A stretch of 64,000 nt of DNA from Prochlorococcus sp. AG-347-E03 (GCA_003279115.1 QCBG01000003.1:52569-116568), one strand, 5' to 3'. Positions 24,725 through 37,519 are shown, counted from the first letter of the stretch. Notes: generated by a model from the letters alone, not told the origin. Numbers and translations: made by a program.

Positions 24725-25219
24725 TTATCTTTGTAGTGCAGAGTTAATTTCTTTTTTGATACTTTTTTGTTTTTCATCTCGTCTTTTGTCGTATAATTTT
24801 TTCCCTTTACCGACTCCAATAGTTAGTTTTATCCATGAGCCTTTTAAATAAAGAGATAATGGAACAATAGTCATTCCTTTTTTTTCAGTATTAGATTTCA
24901 GTTTTATTATTTCTTTTTTATGTAAAAGCAACTTTCTATTTCTTAAGGGATCATGATTAAAAAAAGACCCAACATTTTTATGTGGTGAAATGTGAACATT
25001 TAATAATAGAATCTCACCATCTCTGAATGAACAGTATCCGTCTCTTAAATTTGCTTTTCCGTTTCTAATGGACTTTACTTCAGTCCCTAAAAGCTCAATT
25101 CCAGCTTCGATTGTTTCAGATATTGCATATTGAAATTTTGCATATCTATTATTAGCTAGAAGTTTAAAATTATTTGCTTTATTAGTATTTTTTTTCACTT
25201 TGTTTGAATTTTTTGCCAT
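24725..25219 (-). CDS. smpB: SsrA-binding protein
   Basis: EAGIELLGTEVKSIR, RKLLLHKKEI, GKGKKLYDKR. Confidence 0.97.
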   Translation of the reverse strand: MAKNSNKVKKNTNKANNFKLLANNRYAKFQYAISETIEAGIELLGTEVKSIRNGKANLRDGYCSFRDGEILLLNVHISPHKNVGSFFNHDPLRNRKLLLHKKEIIKLKSNTEKKGMTIVPLSLYLKGSWIKLTIGVGKGKKLYDKRRDEKQKSIKKEINSALQR

Positions 25220-25271
25220 TTTAGTTGTAAAAAATCTTTCTACTCAGAACAATTGCAATTAACCTTTCATT

Positions 25272-26330
25272 ATGGCAATAATTTCTTCCAATATAGGCGA
25301 TAATGACTTTTCTTTTCGTAAAAAAGAACTTAGGCTAGTTGATTCAAAAAATATTCCAGAAGAAAAGAGAAATAATAATTTAAACTTAGCCCGGCCTCTT
25401 AATTTAAAAGAATTTATTGGCCAAGAACAACTTAAATCTTCTTTAAGAATAGCTATAGATGCTTCAATTATTAGAAAAGAACCTTTGGAGCATACTCTTT
25501 TATATGGACAGCCTGGTCTAGGTAAAACTACTCTTGCTTTTTTGATAGCCCACGAATTGAATACAAAATGTAGGATTGCTACTGCACCAGCAATTGAAAG
25601 ACCAAGAGATATTGTAGGTTTACTTCTTGGATTAAAAGAAGGTGAAGTTTTATTTATCGATGAGATACATCGCTTAAATAGGTTAACTGAAGAGTTGTTA
25701 TATTCTGCAATGGAGGATTTTAGACTTGACTTAACTATGGGAGCTAATAGAGGAGCCCGTTGCAGAACAATTAATCTTCCTAGGTTTACTCTGATTGGCG
25801 CGACAACTAAATTAGCCTCAATAAGTGCACCTCTAAGAGACAGATTTGGGATATCTCAGAAAATTGAATTCTATACATGTGATGAATTAAAACAAATTAT
25901 TGTTAATTTCTCCCGATTAATAAACCTCAATTTAGAAGATAAAGCATCTTATGATTTGGCAAAAATATCTCGAGGGACCCCAAGAATTGCTTTAAGATTA
26001 TTAAGACGAGTTAGAGATTATGCTCAAGTTGTTATGAAAACTAATACTATCTCAGTGAATTTAATAAAAAAAGCTTTAAATTCTTACCAAATAGACGAAA
26101 AAGGATTGGATTCTTTAGATAGACACTATTTATCTTTTCTTAGCCAAAACAATAATATACCAACTGGCCTTGATTCAATTGCATCTGGGTTGGGGGATGA
26201 TCCTTCAATGTTAGAATTTGTTGTTGAGCCATATCTTATTAAAATTGGTTTTCTCACGAGAACTCCTCGAGGAAGATTGCTTACTGCTTTAGGAAAAAAG
26301 TACATTGATTCAAAAGATGATAACTTTTAA
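25272..26330 (+). CDS. ruvB: Holliday junction branch migration helicase RuvB
   Basis: [38 protein letters not shown]. Confidence 0.97.
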   Translation: MAIISSNIGDNDFSFRKKELRLVDSKNIPEEKRNNNLNLARPLNLKEFIGQEQLKSSLRIAIDASIIRKEPLEHTLLYGQPGLGKTTLAFLIAHELNTKCRIATAPAIERPRDIVGLLLGLKEGEVLFIDEIHRLNRLTEELLYSAMEDFRLDLTMGANRGARCRTINLPRFTLIGATTKLASISAPLRDRFGISQKIEFYTCDELKQIIVNFSRLINLNLEDKASYDLAKISRGTPRIALRLLRRVRDYAQVVMKTNTISVNLIKKALNSYQIDEKGLDSLDRHYLSFLSQNNNIPTGLDSIASGLGDDPSMLEFVVEPYLIKIGFLTRTPRGRLLTALGKKYIDSKDDNF

Positions 26331-27105
26331 AAAAGTTAAGGTTTGTTTTTTATTAATTTTTATTTTTTTCAATATTTTTTATATTGCACCATGCTATTCA
26401 TTATCTTCGAGAGAGGATTTGTTTAAAAATGCGTTAGATCTTAGTTCAGGCGGAAAATTTAATCTCGCTTTACAAGAATGGAATCAATATCTTGATTCTT
26501 ATCCTGATGATGCTGCAGGTTTTAGCAATAGAGGAAATGTAAGACTTGTTGTAGGAGATGTTAAGGGATCAATAGATGACCAAAATAAGGCAATAAGTTT
26601 GAATCCTAGTGAAATAGATCCTTACATTAACAGGGGAATTGCTGAGGAAGCATTGGGTTTATGGTCGCAAGCGAAAAAGGATTATATGTTCGTTATTTCC
26701 CTAGATAGTGAAAATTTCTCTGCATTATATAATTTAGCTAACGTCGAAGGATCTACATCCCATTGGGATAAAGCAAGAGATTTATTCTCAAAAGCTGCTT
26801 TATATAATCCAGGATTTGCCATGGCTAGGTCAAGTTTGGCGTTAGCAGATTTCCAGTTGGGAAATATTGATGAAGCTGAAAAAGAATTAATAAAGTTAAT
26901 TAGACGTTATCCAACTTTTGCAGATGCTAGGGCAGCTCTAACAGCTTTGAATTGGTCTAATGGAGAAGCTGGTAAAGCAGAGAGTAATTGGATAGCGGTA
27001 ACTGAATTAGATCCTAGATATAGTGATGAAGAATGGTTAAAAAAAATAAGAAGATGGCCTCCTCAACCAATTAAAGATTTAATGAATTTTATCGATTTAA
27101 AATAA
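26317..27105 (+). CDS. Tetratricopeptide repeat protein with N-terminal signal/TM
   Basis: TPR repeats (SNRGNVR, YINRGIA, ALYNLAN); probable ATG at 26317. Confidence 0.88.
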   Translation: MITFKKVKVCFLLIFIFFNIFYIAPCYSLSSREDLFKNALDLSSGGKFNLALQEWNQYLDSYPDDAAGFSNRGNVRLVVGDVKGSIDDQNKAISLNPSEIDPYINRGIAEEALGLWSQAKKDYMFVISLDSENFSALYNLANVEGSTSHWDKARDLFSKAALYNPGFAMARSSLALADFQLGNIDEAEKELIKLIRRYPTFADARAALTALNWSNGEAGKAESNWIAVTELDPRYSDEEWLKKIRRWPPQPIKDLMNFIDLK

Positions 27106-27108
27106 GTA

Positions 27109-28293
27109 ATGAATAGAGATCAGTTACATAAAAAAATTGATTCGTTTAATGATGAACTAATTAACTTAAGAAGACATATCCATGAACATCCGGAATTAAG
27201 TGGACTTGAAAATCAAACAGCGATCTTGATCAGTGGTTTTTTAAAAGATATTGGTTGGAATGTTAGAGAATCTATAGGTAGGACTGGGGTTATAGCTGAT
27301 TTTGGCCCCCTAGATAAAGGTATTATAGGTTTAAGAGTGGATATGGATGCTTTGCCAATATTTGAGGAAACTAAATTAAGTTTTTCTTCAAAAGTAGATG
27401 GTGTTATGCATGCCTGTGGTCACGATTTGCATATCTCGATTGGATTGGGTGTCGCAAAAATTATTAAGGATTTAAAACTAAATTTTGGGACTCGGATAAT
27501 TTTTCAGCCTGCTGAAGAAATTGCGAGTGGAGCTAGATGGATGATTAACGATGGTGCAACTAATGGTTTAACCCATATTTTGGGAGTTCATGTCTACCCT
27601 GATTTATCTGTAGGGACTATTGGCATTAAAGAGGGAAGTTTAACTGCAGCTGCCGGAGAACTTAATGTTGAGATTAAAGGAAAATCAGGCCATGGTGCTC
27701 GACCTCATGAAGGAGTTGATGCTATTTGGGCGGCCTCAAAAGTTATCTCGGGAATTCAAGAATCAATATCACGGAAGTTAGACCCTCTAGATCCAGTAGT
27801 AATAACTTTTGGGAAAATAAATGGTGGCAATGCATTCAATGTTCTCGCAGAAAAGGTTAATTTAACTGGTACTGTTAGATGCACTAATCGTAAAGTATTT
27901 ACGAATATTGGTAATTGGCTCAATGAAAATATCACTTCTTTAGCTAATAGTTGCGGAGCTGAAGCAAAAGTAAGATTTAGAGAAATTACTCCGGCAGTTA
28001 ATAATAATTCTGAAATTAATAAAGTCCTCAGAGATTCGGGAATTAAGGTTTTGGGTCAAAAAAATGTAATCGAATTACAAAAACCATCATTAGGAGCCGA
28101 GGATTTCGCTGAATTCTTAAATGAAATTCCTGGAGCTATGTTTAGGCTTGGTGTTTCTAGTTCCAATGGATGTGCTCCTCTTCATAGTTCTAAATTTGAT
28201 CCGGATGAAAGAGCTATTGCTGTTGGAATTAAAGTGATAACAGAATCCATAGTAAAATTAAACAATGAAAAAATTAATACTATTGGCAAATGA
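27109..28293 (+). CDS. M20D family amidohydrolase
   Basis: RRHIHEHPEL, DMDALP, MHACGHD, FQPAEE, AEDF. Confidence 0.93.
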   Translation: MNRDQLHKKIDSFNDELINLRRHIHEHPELSGLENQTAILISGFLKDIGWNVRESIGRTGVIADFGPLDKGIIGLRVDMDALPIFEETKLSFSSKVDGVMHACGHDLHISIGLGVAKIIKDLKLNFGTRIIFQPAEEIASGARWMINDGATNGLTHILGVHVYPDLSVGTIGIKEGSLTAAAGELNVEIKGKSGHGARPHEGVDAIWAASKVISGIQESISRKLDPLDPVVITFGKINGGNAFNVLAEKVNLTGTVRCTNRKVFTNIGNWLNENITSLANSCGAEAKVRFREITPAVNNNSEINKVLRDSGIKVLGQKNVIELQKPSLGAEDFAEFLNEIPGAMFRLGVSSSNGCAPLHSSKFDPDERAIAVGIKVITESIVKLNNEKINTIGK

Positions 28294-28505
28294 AAATTAA
28301 TAAAAGATATATTTTATCTTTTGTAGCTCCTTTCATGATTTTTATATCTGCTATCGGATTAATATTTAGGGATAATTCCAAGAAGATTTTTTATTTACCT
28401 ATTGGCTTAATGGGGATTGTAATTATTTTGGAGAGGGGTATGAGCAGACAATTGGGTAGAAAAAATATTTTAAAAAAGATAAAGTCTTATCAAAAAAATA
28501 AATAA
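28290..28505 (+). CDS. Small two-TM membrane protein (DUF3188-like)
   Basis: 71 aa, two hydrophobic segments, basic tail, 4-bp overlap with the amidohydrolase. Confidence 0.65.
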   Translation: MKINKRYILSFVAPFMIFISAIGLIFRDNSKKIFYLPIGLMGIVIILERGMSRQLGRKNILKKIKSYQKNK

Positions 28506-28575
28506 AACAATTTTATTTATTTTCACGCAATATGAGATGACTTATTTTTAGAAAAGAGCTATTAATAAGATAAAT

Positions 28576-28655
28576 ACTAGGGGTGCTAAGAAATTTAACT
28601 TAGCTGAGATCATACCCTTTGAACCTGAATCATTAATTTCGATGCAGGGAAGTTG
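28576..28655 (+). promoter_or_regulatory. TPP riboswitch upstream of thiC
   Basis: AGGGGTGC...GCTGAGA...TACCC-TTTGAACCTGA...CAGGGAAG THI-box landmarks ending about 50 nt before the thiC ATG. Confidence 0.88.
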
Positions 28656-28702
28656 AGATTTGATCAAACTTTAGTAATAACACTTTTAAAAATTAAGAAA
28701 TT

Positions 28703-30073
28703 ATGAGAAGTTCTTGGATTAAGCCTCGCCTTGGGAAAGACAATGTAACTCAGATGAACTTTGCGAGAAATGGATATATCACTGAAGAAATGGATTTTGT
28801 TGCTAAAAAAGAGAATCTTCCCTCTTCTTTAATAATGGAAGAAGTGGCAAGAGGCAGATTAATTATTCCAGCTAATATTAATCATTTGAATCTTGAGCCA
28901 ATGTCTATAGGTATTGCTTCTAGATGCAAAGTTAATGCCAATATTGGTGCTTCCCCTAATGCAAGTGATATCAATGAAGAAGTAGAAAAGCTCAAACTTG
29001 CTGTTAAATATGGTGCTGATACGGTTATGGATCTTTCTACGGGAGGAGTAAATTTAGATGAAGTCCGACAAGCAATTATTCAAGAATCTCCTGTTCCCAT
29101 AGGAACTGTTCCTGTTTATCAAGCTTTAGAAAGTGTTCATGGTTCAATAGATAGACTAACAGAAGACGATTTTCTTCATATTATCGAAAAACATTGTCAG
29201 CAGGGCGTAGATTATCAAACTATTCATGCTGGTCTATTAATAGAGCATTTGCCAAAAGTTAAAGGAAGAATTACTGGAATTGTCAGTAGAGGGGGAGGTA
29301 TTTTAGCCCAATGGATGTTACATCATTTTAAACAAAATCCCCTTTATACAAGGTTTGATGATATCTGTGAGATTTTCAAGAAATATGATTGTACTTTTTC
29401 TCTAGGAGATTCACTAAGGCCTGGATGTTTGCATGATGCTTCTGATGATGCTCAGCTAGCTGAATTGAAGACCTTAGGCGAGCTTACTAGAAGAGCATGG
29501 GAACATAATGTTCAAGTAATGGTTGAAGGTCCTGGTCATGTACCTATGGATCAAATTGAGTTTAATGTAAGAAAGCAAATGGAAGAATGTTCAGAAGCTC
29601 CATTTTATGTGCTTGGTCCATTAGTGACAGATATATCCCCTGGTTATGACCATATATCAAGTGCTATTGGGGCGGCGATGGCAGGATGGTATGGGACTTC
29701 AATGTTATGTTATGTAACGCCAAAAGAACATTTAGGTCTTCCAAATGCAGAAGATGTTCGCGAAGGATTAATTGCTTATAAGATAGCTGCTCATGCTGCT
29801 GATATAGCGAGACATAGAGCTGGTGCTCGTGATAGAGATGACGAACTTAGTCATGCAAGGTATAACTTTGATTGGAATAAACAATTCGCACTTTCATTGG
29901 ATCCTGAAAGAGCAAAGCAATATCATGATGAGACATTGCCTGAAGAAATCTTTAAAAAGGCAGAGTTTTGTTCAATGTGTGGCCCAAAACATTGCCCAAT
30001 GAATTCAAAAATTTCTGATGAGTCTCTTGATCAATTAAAAGATAAACTTAAAGAATGTAATACTTCAGTTTAG
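28703..30073 (+). CDS. thiC: Phosphomethylpyrimidine synthase ThiC
   Basis: [48 protein letters not shown]. Confidence 0.99.
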   Translation: MRSSWIKPRLGKDNVTQMNFARNGYITEEMDFVAKKENLPSSLIMEEVARGRLIIPANINHLNLEPMSIGIASRCKVNANIGASPNASDINEEVEKLKLAVKYGADTVMDLSTGGVNLDEVRQAIIQESPVPIGTVPVYQALESVHGSIDRLTEDDFLHIIEKHCQQGVDYQTIHAGLLIEHLPKVKGRITGIVSRGGGILAQWMLHHFKQNPLYTRFDDICEIFKKYDCTFSLGDSLRPGCLHDASDDAQLAELKTLGELTRRAWEHNVQVMVEGPGHVPMDQIEFNVRKQMEECSEAPFYVLGPLVTDISPGYDHISSAIGAAMAGWYGTSMLCYVTPKEHLGLPNAEDVREGLIAYKIAAHAADIARHRAGARDRDDELSHARYNFDWNKQFALSLDPERAKQYHDETLPEEIFKKAEFCSMCGPKHCPMNSKISDESLDQLKDKLKECNTSV

Positions 30074-30087
30074 TTATAAATTTTTAT

Positions 30088-32094
30088 TTATAAAATTTCT
30101 TTTGTTTTATTAACTACGTTTTCAACTGTAAATCCGAAATTCTTCAAACATTCTCCACCAGGTGCTGATGCCCCAAATCTGTCCATAGTAATACATATAC
30201 CTTCAAAACCTGTGTATTTATGCCAGCCAAATGAATGGGCAGCTTCTACTACAACTCTCTTTGTAACACTACTAGGTAAAACACTCTCTTTGTAAGATTC
30301 TTCTTGCTCTTCGAAAAGTTCTACGCAAGGCATAGAGACAACTCTAGTTTTTTTACCTAAGTTTGCAATCTCTTTACTTGCCTCAATACAAAGGTTTAGT
30401 TCACTACCTGTGCCAATAAATATTAGATCTGGTGTACCCTCGCAGTCAGAAACTATATAACCTCCTAATGCAACTTTTTCAATTGAAGTATTCTCTTGAT
30501 TAGGCATACCTTGTCTACTTAAACAGAGGGCAGAAGGTCTTTTTCGATTTTGAACAGCAATCTTATAAGATCCACTTGTCTCATTACCATCTCCTGGTCT
30601 GAAAACTAGCATATTAGGCATGGCACGAAGGGAAGGAATAGTTTCAATAGGTTGATGTGTTGGACCATCTTCGCCTACACCAATTGAATCATGAGTTAAT
30701 ACATAGATTACTCCTAATTCGCTGAGTGCTGATAGTCTCATTGAACCTCTCATATAATCAGCAAAAACGAGGAAGGTTCCACCATAAGGAATAAGACCGC
30801 TATTGTGATAGGCAATACCATTAAGTATTGCTGCCATTGCGTGCTCTCTTACTCCAAAATGTAAATATCTTTTTTCAGGGCTATGAGGCTGGAATGATCC
30901 AGTTTCTCCCTTAATATCTGTGTAGTTAGAGTGAGTTAAATCTGCAGAACCACCAATTAATTCAGGCAGGTTAGGACCTAGAGCACCTAAACATATTTGT
31001 GAATGCTTTCTTGTGGCTAAACCTTTGTCATCAGGAGTGTAAGAGGGCAGATCTGAGTCCCAATTATCAGGTAATTCGCCTTTTAACATTCTGTTCAACT
31101 CAGCTCCTTCAGAGGGATATCTCTTTTGATATTCTTCAAATCTAGAATCCCATTCTTTCTCCAAAATTTCGCCTTTGTTTATTGATTTTCTAAATTGTGC
31201 GTATACTTCATCAGGTATTTCAAATGGAGGATATTCCCAATTTAAAAACTCTCTAGTTAATGCAGCTTCTTCTTCTCCAACGGCTGCTCCATGAATCCCA
31301 GCTGTGTCTGATTTATTGGGAGAACCATAGCCTATGGTTGTAGAAATTTTTATAATTGAAGGTTTATCAGTAACTAATTTTGCTTTTTCAATAGCTTCAG
31401 TTATTCCTTGAACATCATGATTACCATTTTCAACATGTTGTACATGCCACCCATAAGCTTCATATCTTTTTAAAACATCTTCAGTGAAAGAAACATCGGT
31501 GCGCCCATCAATCGTAATTTGATTATCGTCATATAATGCAATTAATTTTCCAAGCTTGAGGTGACCAGCTAGTGAACAAGCCTCTGATGCAATACCTTCT
31601 TGATTACAGCCGTCACCCATTATGACGTAAGTATAGTGATCAACGATATTGCAATCAGGCTTATTAAATTTAGCTGCTAAGTGAGTTTCAGCTATTGCTA
31701 AACCAACTGCATTAGAAATCCCTGCTCCCAGAGGTCCAGCTGTAACTTCAACTCCTTCAGTTTCGAATGTTTCTGGATGTCCAGGAGTTTTGGATCCCCA
31801 CTGTCTAAATTCTTTTATATCTTCTATTGAAACTGATTTGTATCCAGTCAAATGTAGTAGTGAATATAACAACATGCAGCCATGACCAGCTGATAATACA
31901 AAACGATCTCTATTAAACCATTTTGGATTATTGGGGTTGTGGTTCAGTATGTTTTGCCATAGTGCATAACCCATAGGAGCGCAACCCATTGGCAATCCAG
32001 GATGTCCACTATTAGATTTATTTACTGCATCTACAGCAAGCATTCTTATACTATTTACACAAAGTGATTCTAATGAAACAGATGCAGCGACCAT
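30088..32094 (-). CDS. tkt: Transketolase
   Basis: [23 protein letters not shown] motif, [23 protein letters not shown]. Confidence 0.98.
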   Translation of the reverse strand: MVAASVSLESLCVNSIRMLAVDAVNKSNSGHPGLPMGCAPMGYALWQNILNHNPNNPKWFNRDRFVLSAGHGCMLLYSLLHLTGYKSVSIEDIKEFRQWGSKTPGHPETFETEGVEVTAGPLGAGISNAVGLAIAETHLAAKFNKPDCNIVDHYTYVIMGDGCNQEGIASEACSLAGHLKLGKLIALYDDNQITIDGRTDVSFTEDVLKRYEAYGWHVQHVENGNHDVQGITEAIEKAKLVTDKPSIIKISTTIGYGSPNKSDTAGIHGAAVGEEEAALTREFLNWEYPPFEIPDEVYAQFRKSINKGEILEKEWDSRFEEYQKRYPSEGAELNRMLKGELPDNWDSDLPSYTPDDKGLATRKHSQICLGALGPNLPELIGGSADLTHSNYTDIKGETGSFQPHSPEKRYLHFGVREHAMAAILNGIAYHNSGLIPYGGTFLVFADYMRGSMRLSALSELGVIYVLTHDSIGVGEDGPTHQPIETIPSLRAMPNMLVFRPGDGNETSGSYKIAVQNRKRPSALCLSRQGMPNQENTSIEKVALGGYIVSDCEGTPDLIFIGTGSELNLCIEASKEIANLGKKTRVVSMPCVELFEEQEESYKESVLPSSVTKRVVVEAAHSFGWHKYTGFEGICITMDRFGASAPGGECLKNFGFTVENVVNKTKEIL

Positions 32095-32137
32095 TGTTTT
32101 AAAAAAAGATAATTTGGAAATAAAGAATTGGTTGTCC

Positions 32138-33382
32138 TCAATTCATTTTGCTAAAAGCAAGGCAAACGTTGTGACCACCAAAGCCGAAGGAATTAGAAAG
32201 AGCAACTTCTACTTGAGCCTCTCTTGCGTTATTAGGTACATAATCAAGATCACATTCAGGATCTGGATTGACGTAGTTAATTGTAGGAGGGATAAAATTA
32301 TGTGTCAAAGAAAGTATACAAGCTACAGCTTCTATACCTCCAGATCCTCCTAAGAGATGACCAGTCATCGACTTAGTAGAGCTTACAGGAATAAGGTAAG
32401 ATCTGTCTCTAAAAATAGATTTAATTGCAGAAGTTTCATTTTTGTCATTTGCTGATGTACTTGTTCCGTGAGCATTAATGTAATCAATTTTGTCAAGACT
32501 TAAAGAACTATCCTCAATTGCAAGTTTGATAGCTTCTGCTCCTCCAACTCCGCCTGGAGATGGAGCAGTAATATGGTGGGCATCGCATGTCGTACCATAT
32601 CCAATGATTTCTGCGTAGATTCTTGCATCCCTTTTTTGTGCATTTTCTAAAGTTTCTAAGACAAGAATTCCAGATCCTTCTCCAATAACGAATCCATCTC
32701 TTTCTGCATCAAAAGGTCTGCTAGCAGTTTGAGGACTTTCATTTCTAAACGAAAGAGCTTTAGCACTGGCAAAACCAGCTACTCCAAGTGGCGTAATACT
32801 TGCTTCTGCTCCTCCACAGATCATTGCATCCGCCTTCCCAAGTTGGAGTAATCTAAAAGAATCACCAATTGCATTTGAACCGGCTGCGCAGGCAGTTGAA
32901 ACAGAGGAACTGGGTCCCTTTGCACCCAAAGCGATGGCAGCTAATCCAGTTGCCATGTTTGGAATCATCATTGGAACTGTAAATGGACTTACTCTCTTTG
33001 GTCCTTTATGACTCAATATTTGAGCCTGACTTTCCATAGTTAGTAAGCCTCCAACACCAGAACCAATAATTACTCCAATTCTTGATGAATTAGCTTCAGT
33101 AATTTCAAGTCCAGAATCATTAAATGCTTGCTTTGCAGCAATAACTCCAAATTGTGAAAAACGATCCCATCTTTTGGATTCTTTGGCTTCAATAAAATTT
33201 TCAGATTGAAAATTTTTAACTTCTGCAGCAAATTTGCATGGATGTTGTTCAGGATCAAAGAGAGTGATGTCAGAGACCCCATTAGTCCCAGTTTGAAGAC
33301 CGACTAAATATTCATCAATGTTATTACCAATAGGAGTTACTGCTCCGATACCAGTAATAACTACTCGATGGAAATTTGGCAT
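32138..33382 (-). CDS. fabF: Beta-ketoacyl-ACP synthase II
   Basis: [28 protein letters not shown]. Confidence 0.98.
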   Translation of the reverse strand: MPNFHRVVITGIGAVTPIGNNIDEYLVGLQTGTNGVSDITLFDPEQHPCKFAAEVKNFQSENFIEAKESKRWDRFSQFGVIAAKQAFNDSGLEITEANSSRIGVIIGSGVGGLLTMESQAQILSHKGPKRVSPFTVPMMIPNMATGLAAIALGAKGPSSSVSTACAAGSNAIGDSFRLLQLGKADAMICGGAEASITPLGVAGFASAKALSFRNESPQTASRPFDAERDGFVIGEGSGILVLETLENAQKRDARIYAEIIGYGTTCDAHHITAPSPGGVGGAEAIKLAIEDSSLSLDKIDYINAHGTSTSANDKNETSAIKSIFRDRSYLIPVSSTKSMTGHLLGGSGGIEAVACILSLTHNFIPPTINYVNPDPECDLDYVPNNAREAQVEVALSNSFGFGGHNVCLAFSKMN

Positions 33383-33388
33383 CCTTTA

Positions 33389-33628
33389 TTAACCTTTTTT
33401 TTCTTCGATGAATTTTACAGCATCACCAACTGTTGCAATTCCTTCAGCTGCTTCATCAGGGATTTCAATATCAAATGCTTCTTCTAGAGCCATCACTAAT
33501 TCAACGGTATCTAGAGAATCTGCACCTAAATCATTTTGGAAATTTGAATCTGATTTTACTTCTCCTGCTTCAACGCTTAATTGCTCTGAAACAATAGAAC
33601 AGACTTTTTCGAGGATTTCTTGTGACAT
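33389..33628 (-). CDS. acpP: Acyl carrier protein
   Basis: [11 protein letters not shown] phosphopantetheine site. Confidence 0.98.
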   Translation of the reverse strand: MSQEILEKVCSIVSEQLSVEAGEVKSDSNFQNDLGADSLDTVELVMALEEAFDIEIPDEAAEGIATVGDAVKFIEEKKG

Positions 33629-33727
33629 AGTTTATGGAATTTACTAATTATCTATAAGATTTTATGCCCTAGAGTTAACAAGAGTGAAGCATATCTTAAT
33701 TTTTTTAATTTCTTTGTAAGACAATAG

Positions 33728-34006
<279 letters not shown>

Positions 34007-34086
34007 TTTTATAGTGCAGTTTTAAGAGAGTCCATTTTTTAATAATTACTCATTTTTTTTCAATATAATTGAAAAAAAAATACTAA

Positions 34087-35982
34087 ATGTGTGGAATAGT
34101 TGCTGTAACAGGATATAAAAAGGCCTTACCATTATTGATGAATGGTTTAGAAAATCTTGAATATAGAGGCTATGATTCTGCCGGTATTGCAATTATAAAT
34201 TCTGAAACAAATTCCATTATTTGTAATAAAGCAGAGGGGAAACTTAAGAATTTAATAAATAATCTAGATGGTGAGAATATTCCAGGAACTGTTGGCATAG
34301 GTCATACTCGATGGGCAACTCATGGAAAACCTGAGGTTAAAAATGCTCATCCTCATATAGATAGTTCAGGAACCATAGCGGTTGTTCAAAATGGTATTAT
34401 TGAGAATTTTCAAGAATTAAAAAATAAATTACAAAAAGAGGGTATCATTTTTAATTCTGATACAGATACTGAGGTAATACCTCATCTAATTGAAAGAGAA
34501 CTAAAAACATTAAGTAGATTGAAACTTGAGAGTAATGGTTCAACATTGTTGGTTGCTGTGAGAAATGTAATATCTGATTTGGAAGGATCTTATGCCTTGG
34601 CAGTCTTATGGGCTGGTGCTCCAACTTCTCTTGTTGTTGCAAGAAGACAAGCTCCTTTGATTATTGGATTGGGCGAGGGAGAATTTATTTGTGCAAGTGA
34701 TACTCCAGCTATTGCAAACTTTACAAATATTATTTTGCCTATGGAGGATGAAGAAATAGCGTTATTAACTCCTCTTGGTATAGAAATATATGACGTAAAT
34801 AATGAGAGACAATATCGAAATCCAATTTCTCTAAAAGTCTCAGAACAAATAATGGATAAGATGAACTTTAAACACTACATGTTAAAAGAGATATATGATC
34901 AGCCAGATACTGCAAAAAACTGGTTGGAAAATTATTTAATTCAAAATTTAGAAGAGGGTCAATATCAAATTAATTATCCATTTGATACAAAGTTTTTTGA
35001 ATCAATTGAAAAAATTGAAATCATCGCTTGTGGTACAAGTAAACATGCTGCAATGGTGGGTAGTTTTTTATTGGAACAATTTTCAGGTATTCCAACTAAT
35101 GTATTTTACGCGAGCGAATTTCGTTATTCACCACCCCCACTTCTTCCCAATACATTAACTATTGGTGTCACACAGTCCGGAGAAACTGCAGACACAATTG
35201 CAGCTATCGATATGGAAATTAAAAGACGGTCTTCTATTGAGGATAAAAAATTTAAACCTAATCTTATTGCAATAACAAATAGAAAAGAGAGCTCAATAGG
35301 AAGGCAAGTTACAAATATTATTGATATCTGTGCAGGCATTGAGGTGGGAGTTGCTGCAACAAAAACTTTTTTTGCACAATTACTTTCTTTTTATGGATTA
35401 GCTATAAAATTTGCTCAAGTCAAAGGTAGTAGAAGCTCAGAAGAAATAGGTAATTTAATAAAAGAACTTATAAAACTCCCACCATTAATAGAAGATCTTT
35501 TAGAGCAACATAATAAATCTTCAGAAAAGCTAGCGCATGATTTTTTCAATATTAAAGATGTTATCTTTTTAGGAAGAGGTATCAATTATCCTATTGCTCT
35601 TGAAGGAGCATTAAAACTTAAAGAAATTAGTTATATACATGCAGCTGGATATCCAGCTGGTGAAATGAAACATGGTCCGATAGCTTTGTTAGATAAAAAA
35701 GTACCAGTGATTTCTATCGCTTCTCCTGGTGAAGTTTTTGATAAAGTTATCAGTAATGCTCAAGAAGCGAAAGCCAGAGATTCATATTTAATCGGGATTG
35801 CTCCAGAATGTAATGGAACGGAAATCTTTGACCATTTGATGACAGTCCCTTCTTCCAATGAATGGGTTTCACCTTTATTAAACATAGTACCTTTACAATT
35901 ATTGAGTTACCACATAGCAGCTCATAGAGGACTTGATGTAGATCAACCAAGAAATTTAGCTAAAAGCGTAACTGTTGAATAA
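34087..35982 (+). CDS. glmS: Glutamine--fructose-6-phosphate transaminase
   Basis: MCGI start, GHTRWATHG, QSGETAD, EMKHGP, PRNLAKSVTVE. Confidence 0.99.
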   Translation: MCGIVAVTGYKKALPLLMNGLENLEYRGYDSAGIAIINSETNSIICNKAEGKLKNLINNLDGENIPGTVGIGHTRWATHGKPEVKNAHPHIDSSGTIAVVQNGIIENFQELKNKLQKEGIIFNSDTDTEVIPHLIERELKTLSRLKLESNGSTLLVAVRNVISDLEGSYALAVLWAGAPTSLVVARRQAPLIIGLGEGEFICASDTPAIANFTNIILPMEDEEIALLTPLGIEIYDVNNERQYRNPISLKVSEQIMDKMNFKHYMLKEIYDQPDTAKNWLENYLIQNLEEGQYQINYPFDTKFFESIEKIEIIACGTSKHAAMVGSFLLEQFSGIPTNVFYASEFRYSPPPLLPNTLTIGVTQSGETADTIAAIDMEIKRRSSIEDKKFKPNLIAITNRKESSIGRQVTNIIDICAGIEVGVAATKTFFAQLLSFYGLAIKFAQVKGSRSSEEIGNLIKELIKLPPLIEDLLEQHNKSSEKLAHDFFNIKDVIFLGRGINYPIALEGALKLKEISYIHAAGYPAGEMKHGPIALLDKKVPVISIASPGEVFDKVISNAQEAKARDSYLIGIAPECNGTEIFDHLMTVPSSNEWVSPLLNIVPLQLLSYHIAAHRGLDVDQPRNLAKSVTVE

Positions 35983-36014
35983 TTAGTTTATTCAAAAGTT
36001 TTATTTTTTTAAAT

Positions 36015-36554
36015 TTATAACTCTAAAAGTCCTTTGGGAGGATTGATAATTAGAAAATTATTTTTTTTATCTACTAATGGTACTATTTCTTCAACGAAAG
36101 GTATTAACACTACTTTCTGATTTTTGAATAGTTGAATAACGAGTAAATTATTTTTCTCATTTTCTAAATCAAGAACTTTCCCAATTATTTTCAATTTATC
36201 ATTTTCTAAAGTCTTAACTTGCAAATTTATAAGTTCTAACAAGTGGAATTCTTCCTTCTGTAATCTAGGTAGATTATCCGTTTTTACAAGAATCTTAAAT
36301 TTTTTTAGTTGCTCTGCATCATTTCTGCTATTTATTCCTTCAAGGCTAATGATAAAGGTTGCTCTCCCAGGCTGTCTGAACCCTGAAGTAAGTTTTATTT
36401 CTAAAGGAGGTTCATTTTCTTTTTGCACCCATCTCATTCCAGGTTTTATAAACCTTTCTTCAAAATCAGTAAGAGATTTAACCTTTAACTGACCTTTAAT
36501 TCCGTGACATGATGTTATCAATCCGACAACCAACCATTCATTTTTATTTATCAT
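36015..36554 (-). CDS. rimM: 16S rRNA processing protein RimM
   Basis: [20 protein letters not shown]. Confidence 0.93.
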   Translation of the reverse strand: MINKNEWLVVGLITSCHGIKGQLKVKSLTDFEERFIKPGMRWVQKENEPPLEIKLTSGFRQPGRATFIISLEGINSRNDAEQLKKFKILVKTDNLPRLQKEEFHLLELINLQVKTLENDKLKIIGKVLDLENEKNNLLVIQLFKNQKVVLIPFVEEIVPLVDKKNNFLIINPPKGLLEL

Positions 36555-36577
36555 ATATTGTATGTGAGGAAAGTTTT

Positions 36578-36763
36578 ATGGAATTATCGACTAAACCCAT
36601 TCTCCCAGGCTCTTTTGTTGTAGTAAAAGAGCCTAACTCTATATACAGAGGATATAAAGGGTTTGTACAAAGAGTTACAAAAAAAAAGGCAGCAGTTCTT
36701 TTCGAAGGAGGTAATTGGGATAAACTCATTACTTTTCAGCTAACCAATTTAGAAATAGTATAA
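36578..36763 (+). CDS. ndhS: NDH-1 subunit NdhS
   Basis: ILPG...SIYRGYKGFVQRV...AAVLFEGGNWDKLIT; ATG at 36578 preceded by GAGG. Confidence 0.92.
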   Translation: MELSTKPILPGSFVVVKEPNSIYRGYKGFVQRVTKKKAAVLFEGGNWDKLITFQLTNLEIV

Positions 36764-36769
36764 AAAAAA

Positions 36770-37519
36770 TTAGATTTCACCTACAGTAATAAATCTTTCT
36801 ATCAAAACCCTAGCTGCATTTGTTTCTGCTTGTTTATGGGATTTGCCGAATGCTGATGATTCTTTTAATCCTTCAATAAATAAATCACAAGAAAACCTTT
36901 TAGGGTCACCATTTTTCTTGGAGAGTTCAATGATTTTATAAATTGGTAAATCAAAACCTTTACTTTGACACCACTCTTGTAAAACTGTCTTTGATTTGAA
37001 TTTATATGGAGCTTTTAAGAATATTTCCGCTTCTTTTTCCCAAATATCATCTAACCAAATATTTATTTCCTGAGTTGAATTAAAGCACTTATAAACGGCA
37101 CCTATTAAAGCTTCTGTAGCTTCTCCAATAATAGTATTTTTTGAATTTTTATCGCCAAGAGCTTTAGGTCCTTTAATTATTAATTTCTCTATACCAATTT
37201 TTTTTCCTAGTTTAGTTAACCATTCATCACTCACAATTTGTGCTCTTAGCTCTGATCTTTGTCCTACACTCATTTGAGGATATTTTTTTTCAATAAAATT
37301 AGAAGCAGCTAATCTGAGAACTGCATCTCCGAAGAATTCTAATTTTTCGTAATTTATTTTTTTGTCTTCTGAGGAATGAATAAATACTTGATTAAAACTT
37401 AGTATTGTCGAATGATTTTGTGTTCTAACTATTTTTGAAAATCTTTCTGATTGAATATTTAGAGATTTTAAAAAAGTAGTTATTTGATTAATTCTTATAT
37501 CGGTAATTGTATTAGTCAT
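36770..37519 (-). CDS. rnc: Ribonuclease III
   Basis: YEKLEFFGDAVL signature, EALIGA, C-terminal dsRBD (KTVLQEW...GKSHKQAE). Confidence 0.95.
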   Translation of the reverse strand: MTNTITDIRINQITTFLKSLNIQSERFSKIVRTQNHSTILSFNQVFIHSSEDKKINYEKLEFFGDAVLRLAASNFIEKKYPQMSVGQRSELRAQIVSDEWLTKLGKKIGIEKLIIKGPKALGDKNSKNTIIGEATEALIGAVYKCFNSTQEINIWLDDIWEKEAEIFLKAPYKFKSKTVLQEWCQSKGFDLPIYKIIELSKKNGDPKRFSCDLFIEGLKESSAFGKSHKQAETNAARVLIERFITVGEI

